Of a stretch of 64,000 nucleotides of DNA, positions 58,234 to 64,000 are shown in pieces (position 1 is the stretch's first letter; each line of letters begins with the position of its first letter). The translations under genes and the position numbers were made by a program. The notes below the pieces were generated by a model that searched no databases, was not told where the DNA came from, and saw only the letters and a list, made by a program, of their open reading frames with translations. Location: positions 1,980 through 65,979 of the IMG/VR virus record IMGVR_UViG_3300043429_000255; one strand, given 5' to 3'. This DNA comes from a virus (taxonomy: Duplodnaviria > Caudoviricetes).

Positions 58234-58962
58234 CTAATATACTGATATATATATAGATTTTAGGGATGCCAACGCATCCAGGTCAGACATAAGTTGTGGA
58301 ATAATCCCAGCACTCTTATCTAGCTCGGTCTCAATAGTAAGCTGATGAATTATTGACACTTCGTAAGTATGTTGATATTTAAAAGAGCCTACAAAAGTGG
58401 TAAAATGCTTTTCTGTTCCTTGAAACAGTGACCTTGCTAAAACCTCTGTGTTTGAGCTAAAAGTTGATATCTCAAAACTATACACAATCTGTATTTGAGA
58501 GCCAACGGCTAGTCCTTTAAGATTTATCTTTCTAATTTCTGGATTATAAAGACTTACGGATCCTTCTGGAAGATACTTTTCTTCTTTTGCTGAACTATCT
58601 ATCCAAAAAGAAACCCAACCATCTATTCCACGGGTGGCACCAATCGGTAGCTGTTTGCTTTCAAAATCATAATATTTTGCCCAGCCAGAATTTTGATTAT
58701 ATGATGGAAAATAAGATTTTCCGTCTTTTCCGTCTTTTCCGTCTTTTCCGTCTTTTCCGTTTTTTCCTGCTGGCCCTGTATCGCCCTTGTCACCCTTTAT
58801 AGACTCTCCTTGCAATCCTCGGTCGCCCTTTGGTCCTGGAGGCCCTGGTGGACCCTGTGGCCCTGGTACGGCAAAGAATTGAGGATCTTCTGCCTGCTGA
58901 GAAGCTTTAACTTTTGAGGCATACCCAGATGAGGGGAAATTTATATTCTGAGAAACAGCCAT
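58234..58962 (-). CDS. Collagen-like (Gly-X-Y) protein
   Basis: GPQGPPGPPGPKGDRGLQG...GKDGKDGKDG followed by a globular C-domain. Confidence 0.8.
   Translation of the reverse strand: MAVSQNINFPSSGYASKVKASQQAEDPQFFAVPGPQGPPGPPGPKGDRGLQGESIKGDKGDTGPAGKNGKDGKDGKDGKDGKSYFPSYNQNSGWAKYYDFESKQLPIGATRGIDGWVSFWIDSSAKEEKYLPEGSVSLYNPEIRKINLKGLAVGSQIQIVYSFEISTFSSNTEVLARSLFQGTEKHFTTFVGSFKYQHTYEVSIIHQLTIETELDKSAGIIPQLMSDLDALASLKSIYISVY
58717..58761. repeat. 9-bp tandem repeat (TTTTCCGTC)x4 plus one variant
   Basis: Read directly; encodes GKD repeats. Confidence 0.9.
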
Positions 58963-58979
58963 AACACTATTATCTCATC

Positions 58980-59426
58980 TTATTCAATGATATATGTACC
59001 AGAAATATGAAAATTATCTTGTGTTGATAGGTTTACTGGTACGCTTTTTGTAAAAGGATTTTGCTTACCATTAGATGTAGTGGTAAGAAGAGATAAGATG
59101 TCTGACTCTTTTAGAACGTGTCCCAATAACGCATATTCGTCACCAGTAGAGATATCGTGTAAGCAACCGTCAGACATTAGATAGTTAGATTTTGAAGGAA
59201 ATGGAAGTTTTATGTAATACTGTCCAGAACCAAAATTAGTAATATTATCCATATCCACATCTATTGTAAAGTGACAGATTTTTCCAATAAGATACCACTC
59301 ACCAGAAAACATTGGTGCTCCGTTGAATGTTGGTTGAGAACCGTTTAGTGTGCCACCCTCAATTATCCAAGTTCCAGCCGATGAGCTTCCAGACTGAGAT
59401 ATTGCTGGGTGTGTAAACCTAGCCAT
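58980..59426 (-). CDS. Fibre-tip/receptor-binding-like protein
   Basis: G.W..IGK.C.F.I...GSGQY.I.LPF...ISGTY pattern. Confidence 0.55.
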   Translation of the reverse strand: MARFTHPAISQSGSSSAGTWIIEGGTLNGSQPTFNGAPMFSGEWYLIGKICHFTIDVDMDNITNFGSGQYYIKLPFPSKSNYLMSDGCLHDISTGDEYALLGHVLKESDILSLLTTTSNGKQNPFTKSVPVNLSTQDNFHISGTYIIE

Positions 59427-59710
59427 TAATAGCCAGTCTCCAAATTTGTGGCAATTGTAGCTATCTTCAATCCATTATGCTCTGAAATAGCATAAAGAGA
59501 ATCTGTGCCAGGAAGCTCCCAAGAAATTGCATGGTTTGGGCTAAGTCTGTACCCATAGCTCAAAGCAGAGACATCTTCTGCACCAATATATACATAGCCA
59601 TCTGAGTTAACATTTTGAATTGTAATATCCATTCCAGAGTGAAGCCCGTTTGGGGTAAGTCTAGTGGCAGATGAGTTGCTTAGAGTATGGAGTACATGTC
59701 TTGTAGCCAT
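59426..59710 (-). CDS. Small virion-region protein
   Basis: ITIQN....YVYIG...V....YG.RL. Confidence 0.6.
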   Translation of the reverse strand: MATRHVLHTLSNSSATRLTPNGLHSGMDITIQNVNSDGYVYIGAEDVSALSYGYRLSPNHAISWELPGTDSLYAISEHNGLKIATIATNLETGY

Positions 59711-59796
59711 TATTTATTCACCTTAAATACTTTATTTCCAATTTTGATAATTGGTGGTAGGTTGAAGTTGTTAGTGACTACCTTTATCACTGGCAT
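59710..59796 (-). CDS. 28-aa basic microprotein
   Basis: MPVIKVVTNNFNLPPIIKIGNKVFKVNK*; TAATG overlaps at both ends. Confidence 0.65.
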   Translation of the reverse strand: MPVIKVVTNNFNLPPIIKIGNKVFKVNK

Positions 59797-60188
59797 TATA
59801 GTCCACCGCCAGTTACATCGCCCATAACAAGTATTGTTCCTAAGATTGGTGTCCAGACCTGATCTTCAATAATTATTTCTAAATCGAAAGGAAGCTCTGC
59901 AACAACAGAACCTGCCCCAGTTCCCCAATTCTTTGTAATATCAGCTTCGGCTACAATATCTATATAACCATCACCAACAACTACTTCTAGCTCGTCTACA
60001 ACGTCCCCTCTGCTGTCATAAGCAGAAGCTGCATATTCCCATCCATCGGTATCGAATACTGTTACCTCATCGTTATCAAAGAATTGAACACGAAGTTTTG
60101 CTGTATCGCCACGGACAACATTCCACTTGACAATCATTGGATTAGATCCAAAATATTCATCAGGGCAGCAGGTAGAATTATTAGTCAT
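59796..60188 (-). CDS. BppU-N-like adaptor protein (paralog 3)
   Basis: VVRGDT...FDLEI...TPILG; start moved to MTNNS after TATAAT. Confidence 0.6.
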   Translation of the reverse strand: MTNNSTCCPDEYFGSNPMIVKWNVVRGDTAKLRVQFFDNDEVTVFDTDGWEYAASAYDSRGDVVDELEVVVGDGYIDIVAEADITKNWGTGAGSVVAELPFDLEIIIEDQVWTPILGTILVMGDVTGGGL

Positions 60189-60209
60189 AATATCTATATT
60201 ATACCTCAT

Positions 60210-60273
60210 AAAAATTAAAAAAGACTAGTACCTAGGAGTGGTGGGTATGAGAGACAGTCCTAAGTACTAGTCA
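60210..60273 (-). ncRNA. Candidate ~60-nt stem-loop sRNA
   Basis: TGATATAAT promoter (60280-60288), 15-bp stem, 20-nt pyrimidine-rich loop, U-tract; no ORF. Confidence 0.5.
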
Positions 60274-60309
60274 AAGAAAATTATATCACAAAAAGATAAC
60301 AAAAGCTTA

Positions 60310-60347
60310 GTTATTAAAGAGTTGCAATATCGTTATAAAAAAGTTAT
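60310..60347. repeat. Four GTT(AT) half-sites at an 11-bp period
   Basis: GTTAT 60310, GTTGC 60321, GTTAT 60332, GTTAT 60343. Confidence 0.6.
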
Positions 60348-60453
60348 CACAAAATGCATCAAAGAGTGTCGAAACGTGCTACAATCTATTATTATTATTT
60401 AATATATAAAACTATCTCTAAGCTTTATATTAAGATATCTTATATTATATATA

Positions 60454-60732
60454 TTACTTACTATTTTTACTAATATATTCTAAAAGAACTTCGTACATGT
60501 GATCAATCTTTTTATTCATTTCTACACGAAGTTTATCTGCCTCGACCTGCTGAGCTTCTAGTCTATTTACTTGATCCTTTAATGATGAACCGCCATTTGG
60601 CTTCAATTCATGCTTGATGTCATCAAAATAGTGTTTGACTAGCCAACGGACTCCAAGTCCAGTCATTGATAGTATTGTTCCGATTGAAACTATGATTCCA
60701 GCGATCATTCCAGTAAGTTCTAGAGGGGTCAT
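60454..60732 (-). CDS. Membrane protein, holin-like (one TM plus coiled coil)
   Basis: N-terminal TM, ELKPNGGSSLKD.V.RLE. Confidence 0.55.
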   Translation of the reverse strand: MTPLELTGMIAGIIVSIGTILSMTGLGVRWLVKHYFDDIKHELKPNGGSSLKDQVNRLEAQQVEADKLRVEMNKKIDHMYEVLLEYISKNSK

Positions 60733-60761
60733 ATGTTTAATTATAATAGATTATTTAAAGA

Positions 60762-60782
60762 TGTGGATAACTATGTGCATAA
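60762..60782. promoter_or_regulatory. Tandem DnaA-box pair
   Basis: TGTGGATAA at 60762 and TGTGCATAA at 60774. Confidence 0.6.
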
Positions 60783-60861
60783 GAGTAAAGCGGAAAAAAT
60801 TGGTTTTAAGTCCAGCGGACTAAGCTCGGCGTGATATAGAGATACCCAAATCCACATATGC

Positions 60862-60888
60862 AAAAAGCCCACTAGTTTCCTAGTGAGC
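60862..60888 (-). terminator. Intrinsic terminator after the methyltransferase gene
   Basis: GCTCACTAG-GAAA-CTAGTGGGC-TTTTT. Confidence 0.75.
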
Positions 60889-60905
60889 AATTGCGTTAAG
60901 GATTA

Positions 60906-61589
60906 TTAATTCTTGTATGCTACTGTATAAACAGCATCTACAATGTTGAACTCTTCTCCATTGTCTACAACTAGTGTAGTTGCGTCTGATAGACCAGCTG
61001 CAGTAAGCAACTCGTAAACAGCATCCTTTTGAGTAGGTGCGTGAACTGCGACAATAAATCCACCCTGGTTTAGAACTGCTGATGCCTTATTGATAAATAC
61101 TGACTGTAGGTCCAATCCATCTTTTCCAGCATATACTGCAGATTCTGGATCATTTGCGTGAACCCCACCATAGTTAAGCTTCTTTAGAATCTCTGGGTAG
61201 AACGGTGGTGTAGAAATTACAACATCGAACTTGTCTGAGTTAGAAATACTTGCAACATCTACAATGTGAGCTGTAACATCTACGTTGTGTAGCTCTGCGT
61301 TTGCAGTAATGTACTTTTCTGTTGCTGGATCATTGTCATAAGCGTGAACTTCTAGTTCTGGGAAAACAGTCTTAGCAATAATACCAAGCTGTCCAGTACC
61401 AGCTCCGAAATCTGCTAGCTTAAGTCCAGCTAGAGAATCTTTCTTATCTAATTCTGTTCTAAGTGCAAGGATTGCAGGAGTTGTTTCTGCAAGAGGCTGA
61501 TATACATCAGTACCAGTGATGATAGAGAGAGTTTCTCCATTGTCTTTTGTAAAGGTACGTGTAGTTGATCCTGGGATTGAAATAGTCAT
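60906..61589 (-). CDS. SAM-dependent methyltransferase, PrmC/HemK-like
   Basis: VYQPLAET, ADFGAGTG, DVVISTPPFY, DP..AVYAGKDGLD. Confidence 0.75.
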   Translation of the reverse strand: MTISIPGSTTRTFTKDNGETLSIITGTDVYQPLAETTPAILALRTELDKKDSLAGLKLADFGAGTGQLGIIAKTVFPELEVHAYDNDPATEKYITANAELHNVDVTAHIVDVASISNSDKFDVVISTPPFYPEILKKLNYGGVHANDPESAVYAGKDGLDLQSVFINKASAVLNQGGFIVAVHAPTQKDAVYELLTAAGLSDATTLVVDNGEEFNIVDAVYTVAYKN

Positions 61590-61627
61590 ATAAGAATTAT
61601 AGCACTTTTTATGGTAAACTAGCTATT

Positions 61628-61837
61628 ATGTCAGAAAATTCGGGGGATGTCAAGTTTTTTGATCTATTTGATCCAAATCAACCTAGGTCAGATAAAGAAC
61701 TAATAGAGTCAAGATTAGATATATGTAGACAATGTCCTTGGCTCGATAAGAGATTGGTTAAATGTCGTAAATGTGGATGTTTTATGAAGCTTAAGAGTAC
61801 GCTCAAACAAGCTTCTTGTCCTATAGGTAAATGGTAG
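61628..61837 (+). CDS. Cys-rich small protein (DUF6171-like)
   Basis: RLDICRQCP...CRKCGCFM..K..L..ASCPIGKW. Confidence 0.7.
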   Translation: MSENSGDVKFFDLFDPNQPRSDKELIESRLDICRQCPWLDKRLVKCRKCGCFMKLKSTLKQASCPIGKW

Positions 61838-61929
61838 ATTGCTCTTCGAGCAAAGCCTACGGCTTTTATATACCGTCCGAACTTTAGAAAACATGATATT
61901 ATATATAAATCACTACAAAAGGAGACAGA

Positions 61930-62121
61930 ATGCGTGATGAAGTTATAGAATTAATGACTAATGTTATTAATAAAATGAATCGTGAGATGGCTATGCAGCA
62001 TAATCTACCAGAAGATGTTCTAGAAGAACAGATTCTTAATCAAAAGCCACAGCTAGATTATGTAAATGGTCTTTTGTTTGATATACTGCTTGAGCATGGA
62101 TATATCAATACTAGTCGATAG
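61930..62121 (+). CDS. Hypothetical protein
   Basis: AAGGAG SD; helical 63 aa. Confidence 0.65.
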   Translation: MRDEVIELMTNVINKMNREMAMQHNLPEDVLEEQILNQKPQLDYVNGLLFDILLEHGYINTSR

Positions 62122-62127
62122 GGTTAT

Positions 62128-62196
62128 ATGTTTGAATTTGGTATTGTTTGTTTAGTTACCGCTGCATTTATCTGGATATGGTATTACACATCATGA
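62128..62196 (+). CDS. 22-aa single-TM microprotein
   Basis: MFEFGIVCLVTAAFIWIWYYTS*. Confidence 0.45.
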   Translation: MFEFGIVCLVTAAFIWIWYYTS

Positions 62197-62285
62197 AAAA
62201 GTTTTTATACGTGCTAGGTGCAGCCATCGTTGCTTATATGTGGATGGCTATGTTCTATTCGCTAGTTAGCTATTTAATATCTTAG
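62193..62285 (+). CDS. 30-aa single-TM microprotein
   Basis: MKKFLYVLGAAIVAYMWMAMFYSLVSYLIS*; ATGA overlap. Confidence 0.5.
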   Translation: MKKFLYVLGAAIVAYMWMAMFYSLVSYLIS

Positions 62286-62416
62286 TTGTTCTTGCATTTG
62301 CAGTTTTCGCATTTGCATTCTTTTTTGATCTCTTCTGGAACTTCCATTTTTTCCTTCTGTTTGCATGCCGAGCAAAACTTATCTAGGAAGATCTCAAGTG
62401 CCCAGTTACATGTCAT
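62282..62416 (-). CDS. 44-aa Cys/Lys-rich microprotein
   Basis: MTCNWALEIFLDKFCSACKQKEKMEVPEEIKKECKCENCKCKNN*; TATAAT 6 nt upstream of the ATG. Confidence 0.6.
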   Translation of the reverse strand: MTCNWALEIFLDKFCSACKQKEKMEVPEEIKKECKCENCKCKNN

Positions 62417-62601
62417 AGGATTATTATACATCAAATATGGTTTTGTTGCTTTACCATTCCGTTATCAAAATGTTATAATTGATATGGAGCTGATCTGAAA
62501 AATTTCATATTTTTAGAAATCTGAATATTTTGTAGAGATGTATGATACATGGTTTGAGAAAAAAGTCAAGCAATAATTAGTGAGCACACTAGTGCCAGTC
62601 T

Positions 62602-62691
62602 TTACTCTGACGCTAGTGCCATCTCAACAACACAAATCGAACCAATGGCTTGGTCAAATTCTTCCCAAGTTTCGAATGTCAATGTAATCAT
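62602..62691 (-). CDS. 29-aa microprotein
   Basis: MITLTFETWEEFDQAIGSICVVEMALASE*, starting 3 nt after the upstream stop. Confidence 0.5.
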   Translation of the reverse strand: MITLTFETWEEFDQAIGSICVVEMALASE

Positions 62692-62694
62692 TTT

Positions 62695-62916
62695 CTAAGC
62701 CTTTCCAATAACATTTTTGTTGTAATCATCTACAACTAACTGAACTGTTTCTTTTCCGTAGAGAGTAATCATTGCTAGATAAGTTGCCTCTGCTGATTCG
62801 ATTTCTCTACGGTCATCACCCATTGAGGCAATGTGGTAAGCAGATACTGCTTCTCTAATCTCATCTAGGATAACGCCTACTGAATAGTTTCCATAGTTGT
62901 TGTTTTTCATAATCAT
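62695..62916 (-). CDS. Hypothetical early protein
   Basis: AAGGA SD and own promoter. Confidence 0.65.
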   Translation of the reverse strand: MIMKNNNYGNYSVGVILDEIREAVSAYHIASMGDDRREIESAEATYLAMITLYGKETVQLVVDDYNKNVIGKA

Positions 62917-62958
62917 TCCTTATCTATCTAGTAATACTCTAACACATACCGCTGACAA

Positions 62959-63069
62959 TTAGGCTGTCACACCGTATTGTGACACGCAAGACTCGCAAGC
63001 CTTTTCGTTGTTGTATAGGTTGCCTTCGCATACTACACAGTGACCTGTTGCTACATTTAGTTTGTTCAT
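62959..63069 (-). CDS. 36-aa zinc-ribbon microprotein
   Basis: MNKLNVATGHCVVCEGNLYNNEKACESCVSQYGVTA*; GAAAGGA SD. Confidence 0.65.
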   Translation of the reverse strand: MNKLNVATGHCVVCEGNLYNNEKACESCVSQYGVTA

Positions 63070-63209
63070 TTGAACTTCCTTTCTTATCTATAACTATCTA
63101 ATCATACATCTAGGACAAAGTCAAATCCAAACACGGCGTGTCGCAAAAGTTTTTTATTTATTTTTCTACGGCGTGTCGACTTGACATTTGCACGATCTTG
63201 GGCCGACCC

Positions 63210-63220
63210 TGTGGATAACT
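63210..63220. promoter_or_regulatory. DnaA box
   Basis: TGTGGATAACT. Confidence 0.55.
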
Positions 63221-63258
63221 ATGTTATACGTTTGTTATAAGAAATCCCCTAAATACCC

Positions 63259-63287
63259 TTGACAATGTCGTACCCTCATGATAGGTT
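63259..63287 (+). promoter_or_regulatory. Strong sigma70/SigA-type early promoter
   Basis: TTGACA-17 nt (ATGTC...TGA)-TAGGTT. Confidence 0.75.
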
Positions 63288-63311
63288 TGACCTATAACGA
63301 AAGGTGAACTC

Positions 63312-63509
63312 ATGTACTACGAAGACGAAATGACCCCAGAGCAGATGCAGGCTGAGTGGGATGACTTCCTATCTTGGCAGGAGGAGATGGCTGCTGAGGA
63401 GGCAGCTATGACCCCTGAGCAGAAGGAGTACCTTCGCCAGGCGGAGAACCGCCAACTCCAGGAGGAGGCTATTGGGGAGCTGTATGCTTCTCGCTACGCA
63501 TTTGACTAA
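63312..63509 (+). CDS. Acidic 65-aa early protein
   Basis: GAAAGGTG SD; MTPEQ occurs twice; very acidic. Confidence 0.75.
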   Translation: MYYEDEMTPEQMQAEWDDFLSWQEEMAAEEAAMTPEQKEYLRQAENRQLQEEAIGELYASRYAFD

Positions 63510-63531
63510 AAGTCATTTGTGTGGTCGGCCC

Positions 63532-63554
63532 TGTGGATAACTCTGTGGATAACT
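63532..63554. promoter_or_regulatory. Tandem perfect DnaA-box pair
   Basis: TGTGGATAACT at 63532 and 63544. Confidence 0.65.
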
Positions 63555-63624
63555 ATTGTTAAGATCCTACAAAAAATCCCCAAAAAGTTTGTAAAAGAAA
63601 ATAGCAAAATATGCCCCTAAATGC

Positions 63625-63653
63625 TTGACATTGTCATACCCCTATGCTAGGTT
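63625..63653 (+). promoter_or_regulatory. Strong sigma70/SigA-type early promoter
   Basis: TTGACA-17 nt (TTGTC...TGC)-TAGGTT. Confidence 0.75.
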
Positions 63654-63687
63654 ATAGGTATAGAAAGAAATTAGAAAGGTAATAAAA

Positions 63688-63831
63688 ATGAATGATGTAA
63701 TGTGTGTTTACTGCGAGGGTGTTTTCACTAGCGATACTATCGTTTGCCCTAACTGCTCTGAGTATGACGGAATGATGCCTCTAGAGAGTGCTATCGACTA
63801 CCTCAACTTAGACCCTAACGACTACCTCTAA
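63688..63831 (+). CDS. 47-aa zinc-ribbon microprotein
   Basis: MNDVMCVYCEGVFTSDTIVCPNCSEYDGMMP...; GAAAGGT SD. Confidence 0.7.
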   Translation: MNDVMCVYCEGVFTSDTIVCPNCSEYDGMMPLESAIDYLNLDPNDYL

Positions 63832-63860
63832 TTGTCTGCCCCTACTGATAGGATAATGCT

Positions 63861-63953
63861 ATGACTACTGAAGAACTAGAAACACTAATCTACCAAATCG
63901 ACATAATGCTTGCTACCCCTAGCGAGTTGTTCACTACCCCAGAACAGGACTAA
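63861..63953 (+). CDS. 30-aa acidic microprotein
   Basis: MTTEELETLIYQIDIMLATPSELFTTPEQD*; TGATAGGAT 6 nt upstream. Confidence 0.55.
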   Translation: MTTEELETLIYQIDIMLATPSELFTTPEQD

Positions 63954-64000
63954 CTAATGCTAAATAGAATTATCACAACTATCTTTCAGATAATCCTAGT

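Noticed and set aside
539-60823. Many plus-strand ORFs of 60-190 aa in the ORF track
   Set aside because: They are antisense shadows of well-supported minus-strand genes, with no SD or recognisable motifs
62965-62984. TGTCACA-N6-TGTGACA palindrome as a CRP-like site
   Set aside because: The half-sites are in the opposite arrangement to CRP sites, it lies within a coding frame, and it is a single copy
1-64000. tRNA genes, integrase or alternative genetic code
   Set aside because: No cloverleaf with T-loop found by eye in the intergenic gaps, no recombinase ORF, and TAA, TAG and TGA all end genes at sensible positions; tRNAscan-SE was not run

Overview
The window is a 64-kb segment of a large, AT-rich, long-tailed (siphovirus-type) phage genome, most likely infecting Actinobacteria. 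That host guess is inference from the class Ib nrdE/nrdI genes, DnaE polymerase, PASTA and NlpC/P60 proteins, and a gene order resembling the big Streptomyces BE/BK-type and freshwater actinophages. Almost all genes from 1 to 61.6 kb are on the minus strand. Read right to left they are: fibre/accessory virion genes with a 2OG-Fe(II) oxygenase cluster, a LamG-like protein, portal, protease, capsid, neck, tail tube, two chaperone paralogs, a 2041-aa tape measure, tail tip, helicase/primase/SSB/DnaE/RecA, nucleases, terminase and ribonucleotide reductase. The last ~2.4 kb holds small ORFs with strong early-type promoters. Most notable observations: (1) a duplicated two-gene module of a fibre ending in a GDL domain followed by a small FN3 or PASTA protein ending in an identical VFGFSPFGFF Phe/Pro tail, one copy directly upstream of four oxygenases, suggesting a virion protein tagging/modification system; (2) tail chaperones G and G-T encoded by gene duplication instead of a frameshift; (3) a 12-aa peptide shared between the tape measure C-terminus and a tail-tip protein; (4) five perfect intergenic DnaA boxes combined with 11-bp-period GTTAT repeats; (5) a self-contained ~60-nt sRNA candidate; (6) widespread leaderless promoter architecture. 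All functional calls come from motif recognition by eye; no database search was run.
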